Under the pieces are notes generated by a model. The model did no database searches, was not told the origin of the DNA, and saw nothing but the letters and a program-made list of their open reading frames with translations. A DNA stretch of 33,105 bases from Trichosphaerium sp. ATCC 40318. Lineage: Eukaryota > Protista > Tubulinea. Below are positions 1 through 11,017 of the stretch, piece after piece. Each line of letters starts with the position of its first letter. Within the stretch, counting starts at the first letter, position 1. Location of the stretch: contig JALMLS010000045.1 in the NCBI GenBank assembly GCA_038496445.1, forward strand, positions 1 to 33,105, given 5' to 3'. The position numbers were made by a program, and so were the translations under genes.

Positions 1-10
1 AATAATAGAA

Positions 11-562
11 ATGAGCATAGAAGTATACAACATATGGCCTTTGCTGTCTAGAAGTGCAGCAATGTCAACACGGTTTGATTTTAAGCTTAACCCACATGGC
101 GTGTGGATTAATTGTCCACGTGGGAAATCACGCGAAGCATGGGTAAAACGGCGCGTATGGGAACGAGGAAAGAAAAAAGACTACAAAGAAAGATACGAGA
201 ATGGTAAAATGAAACAACACACGTGCTACAAACACGGCAAACGTCATGGATACAGTAGGAAATGGTTTTGTGATGGACGCCTAAGAAGCGAGTGTACTTA
301 TGTCAATGGTTTAATTGAGGGAGAGTATAGGGAATGGGATAAGCACGGTAGACCCGTTAAGGAGTTGTGGTACCAGCATGGTTCAAAGGAAGGGCGTCAA
401 AGGAGGTGGTCATGTGCTTCTCAGCTACTTGAATGCTATACATACCACGACAATAAGCCGAATGGAGAATATTTAAAATACCATAGAGGACGTCTTATTT
501 TGCGATGTTTGTACAAGGATGGTAGGATTGTTTCTTCCGTTGGTACTAGAGATTTCTTCTAA
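11..562 (+). CDS. MORN-variant (MORN_2/YwqK-like) repeat protein, intronless
   Basis: Repeats of the type Y-x-NG-x(5-6)-Y-x-x-G-x-x-x-G (YENGKMKQHTCYKHGKRHG, YVNGLIEGEYREW, YQHGSKEG, YHDNKPNGEY). The start could be the second Met. Confidence 0.75.
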   Translation: MSIEVYNIWPLLSRSAAMSTRFDFKLNPHGVWINCPRGKSREAWVKRRVWERGKKKDYKERYENGKMKQHTCYKHGKRHGYSRKWFCDGRLRSECTYVNGLIEGEYREWDKHGRPVKELWYQHGSKEGRQRRWSCASQLLECYTYHDNKPNGEYLKYHRGRLILRCLYKDGRIVSSVGTRDFF

Positions 563-1020
563 AATACACTAAAAGTTACATGGCATTTATTGTTCTCAAA
601 CCTCGAGGCTTATGCAAATAACAAGAAATCGAAACCTTTGCTCACTTTATCCAAATAAACGTCAACTAGAGTGGCGCCGATAGACATTATTCTCCTTGAA
701 ATAGCGTTTTGCTTCAATCGGTGTTAATCTACCAGATTGTTTTGGTTCAAAGATCTAATTCTTTTAAGAAAGAAATGAAAATAATTATTGCAATTCAACC
801 AATAAGTTTTCTAACTGACGTTTAATATTTTTCTTTTGGTTTGGTCCAAGCCTTGCTTTCAACATAGGTGTTGTGTATGCAGCTTGACTTAAATGCCGTG
901 CGCAAAAAGAGTGTACTGAATTTTTCTTTACCCAACACTTTGGAGTTACACATGCAACAATACTGTTCTAAACCGATGTTTCCGAGATAACAATTTATTA
1001 ATGTTGTTGACTACAATACA

Positions 1021-2209
1021 TCAAGGGACATGTCCAATTTTTTTAATACCTTTCTTTTTAAGTTCTTTAATTCCGGCTAGCGTAACTCTTGTTAAAGACA
1101 ATCCTAATATCTCAAGACTACCAGGTAATGATTTTATGCCTTTATCTGTAATATTACAACCACGCAATTGCAACACCTTTACGTCAGATGATATGGCGCT
1201 AATCCAATCATCTGTTGCATTTGTATGAGTTAGATCAATTGAATAAGCACTTGATAAACTCTTCATAAATATCCCTTTTCGTAATGACCTACAAGAGGAG
1301 AGGTTGATATCATGTACACCAACCAAAGCTGAAACACCTATATCAGTAACTCCAGTATACTCCAAATTTATGGTATGAACACCAGCTAACGCTGCTACAC
1401 CTTTATCCGTTATGTCCTTGCAATATGTTAAATCTATCTTATGTACACCTGCTAGCGATACAATTGAATCTGTTACATGTGTATAACTTAAATCTATGGT
1501 ATGTACACCAGCTAGTGACGATACATCTGTTATATTAGTTGAACTTAAATCAATTGTATGTACACCTGCCAAAGAAGGTATACCCAAGTCAGTGATATGT
1601 TCATATTTTTTCAAATTTATTGTATGCACTCCAGATAAGACAGATAGTACGTCATCTGTGGCACTTGAGTTAACTATGCTAATCGTTGGTATTCCAGAGA
1701 GAGCCTTCAAACCTATTTCTGTAATCTCTTCAGCTTTGTACAGACAAATGTAATTGAGGTATGGAGCAAGTTGTGCCAAACATGAATCTGTTATATCTGG
1801 ACAGCGTTTTAGTTCTAATCGTTTAACACCAATCAAATGATTTAACCCTTTGTCTGTTATACAATAGTTGAAGCAAAGGCTTATTGATTTAATACCAGAA
1901 AGAAGACAAAGATCTTTGTTGGTAGTGCCCACAAAGCGTTTTGTTGATACTGTAGTATTCTGTAGAAGAGGACTTCCTTCGAGATAAGAAAAACACTTGT
2001 GTGATTTTACATATATTGTACCATAACCAATGTGAGTGTGGATGATGTCTCTTAGCCGTCTACAGCTTTGGGAAATTGGATATAGGAAGATATAGTCCAA
2101 AAATGCAAGTAAATGAGCGATAATCTCTGTAGGAATATCTAGAAGCTCGGTATTGCTCTTGGTTGTATTGCATACAGGTGTGTGCCGTGTGCGCTTTGTT
2201 CTTCGCATG
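1021..2209 (-). CDS. F-box and leucine-rich-repeat protein, intronless
   Basis: F-box LLDIPTEIIAHLLAFLDYIFLYPISQSCRRLR followed by about 10 LRRs of the form L-x-GVHTIDLS-x-T-x-ITD. The likely ATG is MRRTKR at ~2209; the ORF track extends the frame to 2274. Confidence 0.85.
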
Positions 2210-2525
2210 GCAGTATTTGTAGGGGGTTTTGTTGAATTGCTATATGTTGGGAAGTTAAACAGCACTGAGAACAAAGAGTGCAGATTAATTTATTGACTGT
2301 TCTTGATTGATAGATTATTAAAAATACCAAAAAACTCAATCAAAAACAAAATCTACCATAAAATTTTGAAACAAGCTTGCTTGGCCACAATTCTTATAGT
2401 TCAAATGGTTACATAGTCTCTGTGTTTGATGGGTCACTACAGGTACAACATTCGGGTAGAACCCACAAAACATAGGTTGGTTTTAAGGAATTTTGTAGAC
2501 TACTAAGAATTCATGTTCTTTCACC

Positions 2526-4152
2526 ATGGCTACCATGCTGAAAGCAAGGCTTGGACCAGACCAAAAGAAAGTAATCGACGTTCCACGTGACTTTGGCGAA
2601 CGAAGCACCGTTTTAGCAGCGCAGCTGGAGCAAATCGACAGTGGAGAGTCAATAGATGATTATTTGATTGTTCTCAAGCACGCTGAGGGATTCTGTTGGC
2701 TTGTATCACATTACAACAAACCAATAAGCTCAGTATGCGATAAATTGTGTATGGTATCTGAAAAAGAGCGCTTAGAGTGTATACAAGTTGTACGAACATT
2801 TTTGTTTTTGAGTCACACAGGTGTACTTAGCTTGACCTTTTTTTCGCTGAGAATGTCTTTGTTTCGAAATGTGCTCGACTAAAGTAAAACATAGTCAAAT
2901 AAACCAAACAAACAATGTACTTTGTTTATCTGAGAGACTTTACTGGGTTTTTTGTTAACTTTGTTGTTTATCTAGATCTATGACGCTTTAGATTGTTGTG
3001 ATTACTTGGACTTACAAATGCCTTTGTTCATGCAAAGTATAACACGTATGCTTCAGCTTGAAGGATGTGACATAAGAAATGATTTTGTTCAATATTGTTG
3101 GCCTGTAAACTTTTCATCAGCAATTCAAGATGCCTATGAAGGGAGTACGTAACTCTACTAAATGTGTATTCTAATATAGTAAAGAGTGGTTTGGAACACT
3201 GAGAAAAAGAATTATCAGCGGTCCGGTTTATACCCACCAGCCGGCTTTCACGGTAAGTGAGCATACAATAAAATCTCATGGAATTATTTGTATTACCTCT
3301 GGTCGCACTTTTGGTAACAAAAAAGTCACATGTTGGAACTATTCTTTAAACACCAAACAATTCAGAATACTCGGCCTCCTTGATGAGGCTGCAGGTTTTC
3401 ACATTGCTAAAGAATACTTGACAAAGTATTTTTTAGAAGGAACTGCAAAGATAGACAGTGTGATTGTTGCTCACTGTTCATCGTTTTGGAGTTTATTGTC
3501 AGCAAGTGAACTATCAGATATCGAGGCTCAAGCAGGAAGTGATAGATGTCTGGGTAAATTTATTGTCGATAATCTTGTATCTTTCCAATATCTCAAGTGT
3601 TTTATTGACATTGCACAAAGCAACGATAGGGCTCTTGCGTCGAAAATAGAGCATTCAATTCTGTACCATTTAGCTCAAATTGAATCTGCACCTAATTTGA
3701 ACCTTGTTATTGATCTTATGAAGCATATTCCTCCCTCAGAGACTTGGCAAGCAATTAAACGTGATAATTTTGACATAAATGCTGTACCTCCAATACCTTT
3801 CTTTTGGAATGCATTAAAGTACAAAAATAGATCACAAATTACAGATTTTTGATTAATGTAATTCCCTAGGATAGGCATGCTAAGCAATCAGCTTGATTTT
3901 GGTGACTTGAATCATGCTAGGTTTGCGGACTGTATCACTCGCAAAGTTGGTACTTCTGTGACACTCATGAGAGGACAGCACAATCCAAACAGGCAGAGGT
4001 CAAAAGTTTACGTTGCATTGGAACCACTAGATTTAATACCAACTGTACTAAGTGGATGGCGATCAAAATGGAAACAAAAAAAACATACATACAATTTGGA
4101 CTGGTACAGCGCTTTCCTCACATGCAAAGAACCAGTTCTACCTACGAGCTAA
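2526..4152 (+). CDS. Multi-exon protein with a BTB/POZ (Skp1-like) N-terminus and an unknown C-terminal domain
   Basis: The N-terminus (STVLAAQLEQ...IYDALDCCDYLDLQ) resembles Skp1/BTB motifs. A GT-AG intron at 3819-3869 removes the two in-frame stops between ORFs 3418-3852 and 3877-4152, and the paralog has an intron at the same position. The 5' exons are approximate. Confidence 0.55.
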
Positions 4153-4301
4153 TTAATATCATAGGGATTGTGGCTATATACCTTATACTCCTAAAACTGA
4201 TAATTGACAACAGGTCAATTTAGAACTATTCACAAGATTCGCTAGAAAACTGTAAGAAAATTGTGAGAATAAAAACAACTTTCAGAACAACTTAGGTAAC
4301 G

Positions 4302-5208
4302 TTGATCGTGCGCCGTATCAGTGAAAGTGATATGACTGGAGATGGGATAATTTATGTTCATGGACGTGCTGTTGGAAAGAAAAAAGGTTCAAGGTGGCAT
4401 TACCATTTAAATGTAGAAGCTTTTAGAACCTTGTGCCTCATTGATAAAACTGCAGGGTTTATAGTTGCTAAAGAATACTGCAGGGTTTATAGTTGCTAAA
4501 GAATATTTAAGAAAATACTTGTCAAAATCCATTCGGAATAATGAGGTTAAGATAGACGAACAAATCATTGCTGCTTGTTCTCCTTGTTGGAGCGAATTAA
4601 CAAGCACAGAACTTGCAGAAATGGAAGCCCAAAGAGATGGCTGCATAGCAATACTTTTAATAACTAATCTTGTATCTTTCTCATATCTCAAGTGTTTAAT
4701 TGATACTGCACAAAAAGATGATGAACTGCTTGCTAAGAAAATAGAACACAATATAATTTTCAGTGTTAGCCAATCAAAAAGAAGCTTAGCTGACTTAAAC
4801 GAAATTATTGAAGTCGTTGAGCACATACCACCATCAGAAGCTTGGCAAGTAATTTATTGTGATACCTTTAATGTCGATAGGGTACCTGCCATACCTTTTT
4901 TCTGGAAAGCTTTAAAGTACGATTCAGCAAGTCACCTGATTAATAACCAACTTGTTAGAGCTGGGATGCTGAACGGTCAACTAGATTTAGATACAGTACC
5001 ACACAAAAAGTTTGAAGACTGTATTAGGGGCACGCCATCCAAGGGACATCACAAGAGTAGCAACATTGTCTTGCAACCACTATCATTTGTACCAACAGAA
5101 TTGATTGGCTGGAAAGCCAAATGGTCACAGAAGAGACACAGCTACGAATTTGACTGGTACATTCCTCCCTTTGTTTATTCTAATTATTCAGTAGGGATTG
5201 TGGTTTAA
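4302..5208 (+). pseudogene. Partial tandem paralog of the 2526-4152 gene, frameshifted by a 28-bp tandem duplication
   Basis: Clear protein similarity (AGFIVAKEYL/AGFHIAKEYL, NLVSF, HIPPSE-x-WQ, IPFFW-x-ALK, GW-x-x-KW, DWY). No BTB-like N-terminus is recognisable upstream, and the duplication at 4449-4504 shifts the frame. Confidence 0.65.
4449..4504 (+). repeat. Perfect 28-bp tandem duplication (actgcagggtttatagttgctaaagaat x2)
   Basis: Read directly: units 4449-4476 and 4477-4504. Confidence 0.95.
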
Positions 5209-5420
5209 CAACATGAAAACAAAACGAGACAGAATATTTCCAGCTGAGCAGTTGGCTTCAAGTTCCATATACTCCACATCTTAACGCACAAATGGCTATG
5301 TCTAATAAGCCAGACCAAGACAATGTGTTATAGTCTCGTAAAAAGAATACACCTACAATGCTTTGTTTATACATATCCATTGGTTTTGTTTGTAAATTTT
5401 GTGCAAGGAGAAAACACTTT

Positions 5421-6650
5421 TTAATGATTAACATATGGCACTGTCTTTACAATTACAGACCTACAAAAAGGGCAAGTCTTAAGCTTTCGTGTACATGAGG
5501 TACACATAGAATGTCCACATGGATCTATTACCTTCTGCTTAGGACTAGACATACATATGGAACAAATTGTTAAATCTCTTCGCTCCCTCTCTTGACGAGC
5601 AAGTTTGGCTTCTAAAGTTTTCGTGAGTGCTTCCATCTTTTTATATCTAGCCACAAGAACGTCTCTCCTTGGAGGCTTTGAAGGTAAAGGTGACACAACC
5701 ACAGGCGTGCTCTCTCTGTTGTTAGTGCTAGCGAGCTGTGCCAAAAGCTTTTCCCGTAATCGTTGTTCCAAAGAAATACTAGCAGACTTTTCTAATGGTT
5801 GCGTGGACATCTTCAGTTTATCTTCACATAGCACCTTCTCGCATTTCTTCTCGTGTACTTCTGAAAATGCACTCGATCCTGTATCGTGTCGTACTGGTTT
5901 ATGGTCTCGTATTGGTGATGGTGGCATACAAGATGTCTTAGCTGGCGAGGAGTATTTTTTAGGTGGAGAGCATGTTTTAGCTGGAGAGGAGCATGTCTTA
6001 GGTGGCGAGGAGCATTTCTTAGCGTTAGGCAAAGGTTTAGATGCTTCAACTTTCATGAGCTCGTCGCAAAGTTTATCCAAAGCATCTGAAACCCAAAACT
6101 CATTTCCTCTGTTATCACGCGCGTACCATTGTGTAAAATCGCTATTTATCGAAACGTGCTCCATGTATCGCGACTTAATAAACTTTTGAAAGATGTCAGG
6201 AAGACCTTTAGATTGCATGGTGTAGTTGTTCATGAATTGGATGAAATACAAATCTTTAGTGAATACCATCGTTTGTACGTCACCGAGCTTCTTTCTATTA
6301 GTTACCAGGCGTCTATGAAGCTCTGGAGGTACACCTCCCCATGCGTATTCGCCGATTTGTAGAACTGCGAAGAACGATGGACCAGGGCCAAGGAAAACCT
6401 TTGTTATTATGCCTTTTAGTATCAATTGCTTCAGGGAGGGGTTCTCAACGTGAAAATTTACTTCGTCTTTGTATTTAAAGAAATACTGGTCTCTGTCGCC
6501 CAGATCGTAATGTATGACACGCTTAGTGTCTGTTTGGAGAGTGGGAATTAAATTTGGCGGGCAATCATTGTAATTGGTGTATTTATCGCTCAAAGCAACG
6601 TATTGAGAATTTTTATCGACGCCAAGAGCGACTGCCTGAAATTGTGCCAT
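5421..6650 (-). CDS. C-terminal RING-finger (C3HC4) protein, probable E3 ubiquitin ligase, intronless
   Basis: CSICMSSPKQKVIDPCGHSMCTSCTRKLKTCPFC at the C-terminus, preceded by a coiled coil. Internal K-x-CSSP tandem repeats lie at ~5925-6020. Confidence 0.85.
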   Translation of the reverse strand: MAQFQAVALGVDKNSQYVALSDKYTNYNDCPPNLIPTLQTDTKRVIHYDLGDRDQYFFKYKDEVNFHVENPSLKQLILKGIITKVFLGPGPSFFAVLQIGEYAWGGVPPELHRRLVTNRKKLGDVQTMVFTKDLYFIQFMNNYTMQSKGLPDIFQKFIKSRYMEHVSINSDFTQWYARDNRGNEFWVSDALDKLCDELMKVEASKPLPNAKKCSSPPKTCSSPAKTCSPPKKYSSPAKTSCMPPSPIRDHKPVRHDTGSSAFSEVHEKKCEKVLCEDKLKMSTQPLEKSASISLEQRLREKLLAQLASTNNRESTPVVVSPLPSKPPRRDVLVARYKKMEALTKTLEAKLARQERERRDLTICSICMSSPKQKVIDPCGHSMCTSCTRKLKTCPFCRSVIVKTVPYVNH

Positions 6651-7186
6651 GCTAATTTGTGTACATAAGTTTTACTTCTTTTTACCGCGTTTTTTCACCA
6701 CGTACTAATACGTGATAGTGGAGTTCCTACTTGGGCGTAGGTTGACGTCGCTAGACATCCTTAAACGTTGTTGTATCATTTCCAGGACGACGACAGGTTC
6801 GCCATTGAAGCACTCAAGCTTGAGTGCTTTCAAGGTGCTTACTCGTTTAGAGGCGTAAAAAGGTCACGTGTCAGTGACTATAGCCACCATTTCGCTTGTA
6901 CTTCCCACCATAGGATTGTCACCACCCTCTTGTGAGCGTTTGTACTCCTCTAAATTCTTCCTCAAGCTCCTTCAACTGCAACATTGTGCGTAGAATTAAG
7001 TATAGTAGTGTACAAATGATTACAAGCATGTACTTGCACGAGAAAAAGATTCACCGCAGCAACAAGAATTGGCACATTCAAAAATCACTCAAGCACCCTT
7101 TAATGTGCAGTTTAGACCTTCATCATATGTTTTGCAGTTATTGGAGTTGCTTCAAGCTTTGGATAATATTCGTATATTTTTACAGC

Positions 7187-10138
7187 TTATTTAATCTTAA
7201 TACCTACTTTATCAGGTTCTTCATTAACATCCTCAGGAACATCTTCAACCTCAAACCAAGCATTATCTGCAGCTTTTTTCTTTGCGTTTTTATCAGCATA
7301 AGCAGAATTTTTTTCTCTAGCAGCAAGTTTCTGATCAGCAATCTGCTTGCCATACTTTGATATTTGATAATCATAATATTCCATTAATTTTTCAGGGTTA
7401 CGCCTTTGTTTCTTTCTTTGTTCTAACTTCTCAATCCTAAAACGCAAAAAAGTAAACTCTCAAGTGCTATATTCACATTCTCTCTTTCCGTTATCAAGAG
7501 ATGAAAGTCGTGTGAGGGAGTCAAATACGTACGCTCTTACATTAATTGTATCGCCCCAAAAGGATTTCCTTGCTGTTTTATACATTTCCTTGGAGTGAGA
7601 TTTTGTTACTATTTTGCGCTCCAAAACACCCTAACATGAAATTAAGGAAAACCCAATGCAAAGATCATCTATTTCATTTTCGTTTTCATCAAACTGGCAA
7701 TACATACCTCACGTGTACATACATCTAGTAAAACATGTCCACCAGCTTTTATAGGTTGTCGTATAAGACGACCAAAATGCTGATCTGTACAAAAAAAAAA
7801 TAAGAACAAAATAGTTCAACTAACATGCTGCGCACGTACCTTTTTGTATTGGTGAAGGATCACTTAGTTTTCCTTTGGAAATAATCACATACGAAAACTT
7901 TTCGTTTTGAGGTGCTTTTTTCTGTCTATTGTTCCTAAACGACTCCACTGTCGCCTTCTGTATAAAATGACACCAATCTTTTTTCGCTTGCGGACAACTC
8001 AATTGATGAGGGCACTAATTGAACAAACACATAAGTCAACACAACAATAAAACAATTTCGGTCTTACAGGTGAAATTACGTGTGGATTATCTTTCTCATG
8101 CTGACCATATGTATCTAACACTGTAGTTCGAGCATTTCTAATATGTGCAAAACCTACAGGAGTACCAAAATCGACAAGTACCTAAGTTAACACAATAAGT
8201 AAAGAAAAAGTCTCAGGTTTGATGGAAACGCACCAATACTCCACCCTGCGGAACTCGATACCATAGTTCCTTCACTACAGATCGTCTATCTGCATCTGTA
8301 CTGAGTTCAGTCAAAAGAAAGGAACCCACAACCTAAATACAAGAGAATGAGTGACTTTTGTTTTACTCCGTTGCACTTGTAGTTCAAAATTTATGTTACC
8401 AACTCGTGTTTAACTTCACGGCCTTCGTGTATATATCTACTACGCTCAACATTATTAAACCCATCCAGGATTTTTTCTGAAAGTTCATTCATGTCATCAG
8501 ATGGCTCAATTAAAACATACTTGAACAGTTTTAGTGACATTAAATAATTTCAAAATTAAACAACAATTTGGAACCTTTTGAAGCCTTGGGTAAAGCTCTC
8601 GTATTGCCCATGTACCAACACCAGTACCAGAGCCACAATCGAGTACAGATTCAGGTTGAAATTTAGGGTATTTGTTACGTAGCTAGCACAAATGGGTTAA
8701 AAACAAGCTTGCAACGATATAAAGCTGCTTTCAGGAATACCTCATGCATAACACGATGTGTGCTTGTATAGATACTGTTTGAGCGCACTGCTAGAAAAGC
8801 CATTGATTCATTCTTTCTGTAAGTGATAGGTGGAATACGCAACTTTAATTTGTCTGCTGCTTTGGAGTACTCAGGGCTGTTCCGTTTTTTAAACGCTCTC
8901 TCCATATCCAAGAGCTCCTGTTCTTCAGCTTTTGCTTCTCTTAATTCTCTTGAGTTGGCAACTGCTTTTATCACTTCACGACGGTGCTTTTGAACAACGT
9001 AAGCGCCAAAAACGTAGAGATTTGATTTTTAAAAAAAAGCAAAAAAAAATACACTAAAGGAAAAAAACATCGACTCACCTGATTCGCTGATGAGTAAGGA
9101 GCTTGTTGGCGTAGGATATACGTTCAAAAAATACAACAAAAAAAAAAAGAGTAGATGTCATTGAAAAAAAAAACCTGTCATCAGCGATACAGAGTGCCCG
9201 ACGGTTAGAATGGTAAAACTTTCTTTTGGTGACGAAAAAAAAAAATAAATGCGTCTTCTCAAAGGAATGATTAGATAAACATAAGTCGAGAGTTGTATGA
9301 ATGGACGGCATAGTTTATTTTCAGTTACTAAAAAAACTGAATGAATAAAATGCAAAAAAGAAAATATGTCATGCCTGGGTATTTGTAGAGTTTCTTATGT
9401 TCAGCATTTCTGCTAGGTGCTTAGAATCCCTCTCAAGCCATGCGCGGTTCCATCCTACATAATGTGAGTTCATACGTTATAATAGTTTCTTGAGAACAAT
9501 ACCAAACGCTTATTACGCGTTTGGGCGGCGATTAATACGAAAATGGGGAAAATAGAGAGTATACGATGCTGCGTGCCTTCAAGAGCGTCTCTAATGCGAT
9601 TGCCAAGCGTAACAGGTAAAAAAGTTGTCCCAATCTTGAGGGAGTGCGATAATTTTGAAGAATCCTCTGGGGTTGAGTCTGTATCAGGTGTGCCTTTCTC
9701 AAGGTTGTCTTTCACTTCCTTTAAAGGGTCACTAGGCCTATCGCCCTCTGGGTCGCCAGCTTGTGGAAAGCCATAATTATCATCTAAATACGCTTAGAGG
9801 TCTCATTTCTTCACAATACGGCCATTCAAAACCAAAATGAGGTAAAAACGCTAACCTCCACCTTCTCCTTCGCCTTCTGGTTGTGAGTTTGGTATACTAG
9901 CGAGGTATTTAGCGAACTGTTCTTTATCTTTGTCTGGTAGGTCCAATAGCTTGTTTAATTTGTCTTGTACAGACTTGCTTTTTGCAACGCTTGATACATG
10001 GCGAATAGCATCATCTAAATGCTTTGTACTTGGTCCTTTCTTTACAGTTACAGTTTTGTGATAGCTTCGTTTTGATGCAACAGTTTTACTGCGTTGTGTA
10101 TTTCTGACTGCCGTGCAGTGTCGCAGGCGTACCAACAT
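7187..10138 (-). CDS. RSM22: Mitochondrial small ribosomal subunit assembly factor Rsm22/METTL17 (multi-exon)
   Basis: Spliced motifs VLDCGSGTG, CPHQLSCP...WCHF, EKFSYVI, RLIRQPIKAGGHVLLDVCT, YKTARKSFWGD. The N-terminus is basic and transit-peptide-like (MLVRLRHCTAVRN). Confidence 0.88.
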
Positions 10139-10370
10139 TTTGCATAACAAATGAGACCATTTTAGTTTGTCTTCTTTATTTTTTTGAGCCGAAAAAAAAC
10201 GGCAAATTTTGAGGGTGAAAGCTCGTCTGAAGTTGTTCGTTCTTTTCTGTATAGTCCTCTATCGATAATAAGATAGTACTTGCTACACCACAGTGACACT
10301 GAATGTGCACCGTTCGCTCCATAAACCTTACGGTTTATCGTATTCAATAGTTAAACAACTTCGCAAGAGT

Positions 10371-10976
10371 ATGACACACGCATACACCCATTACGATGGG
10401 AGGTTATCTGCCCAGAAGGGAGTAACCACTGCAATTCTTAAGTTCAAGTTATCTATGTCAGTATATGCTGAATACGACAAACAATCAACGCAAGGCTCGA
10501 GTTTATCGATGTTTACGAACATCGGCGGGAAAACATTTAGTAACGGTAACATAACAACACAAAACTCTTTACTAGAACCCTACAACACGTCATCTCACAT
10601 AAATAATAACTACACCTCTCTACGATCGTATTCTAAAACCCCTCTAATCAAATACAAAATTTCAAAAAATTTCGGCATAATCGGCGTAAACATGGCCAAG
10701 TTTCAGGTATATTCTCCACAATATCTCCACTTTCTAATTCGCCGCAAATGGGAACACAAAAAAATCCAAAAAACCACCCAACGCCATAAAAAACCAAGTA
10801 AAATTGTTAGTAAAAAATGTAAAAAAACTTCTGCTGAAAAAATAAAAGTATCCAACTCTCAAATCGTATCAAATGACGTTCTAAAACATCACAAGACCTC
10901 TCCTACCATAGTTCACAAGAAAACAATTTTTACGTCTGCTTTGTCCAAAAAAGGGGAAAAAAACTTTGGGGTCTAA
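10371..10976 (+). other. Long upstream ORF (201 codons from the first ATG) in the retroelement 5' region
   Basis: Stop-free frame 10293-10976 with first ATG at 10371. It is Lys-rich and low-complexity with no recognisable domain, and stops 5 nt before the ATG at 10982. Confidence 0.4.
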
Positions 10977-11017
10977 GTTTTATGCAACCCAAATTCATTA
11001 TAAAGTTACCAACAAAC

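Noticed and set aside
1290-1620. Repeated tgtacacc..gc motifs at ~65-75 bp spacing, superficially array-like
   Set aside because: These are the LRR codon repeats (GVHTI). Not a CRISPR array.
6808-6829. Perfect 22-bp palindrome aagcactcaagcttgagtgctt and nearby short stems
   Set aside because: Single occurrence with no TSD or repeat context. The 6700-7190 region may instead hold a small spliced + strand gene that I could not model reliably.
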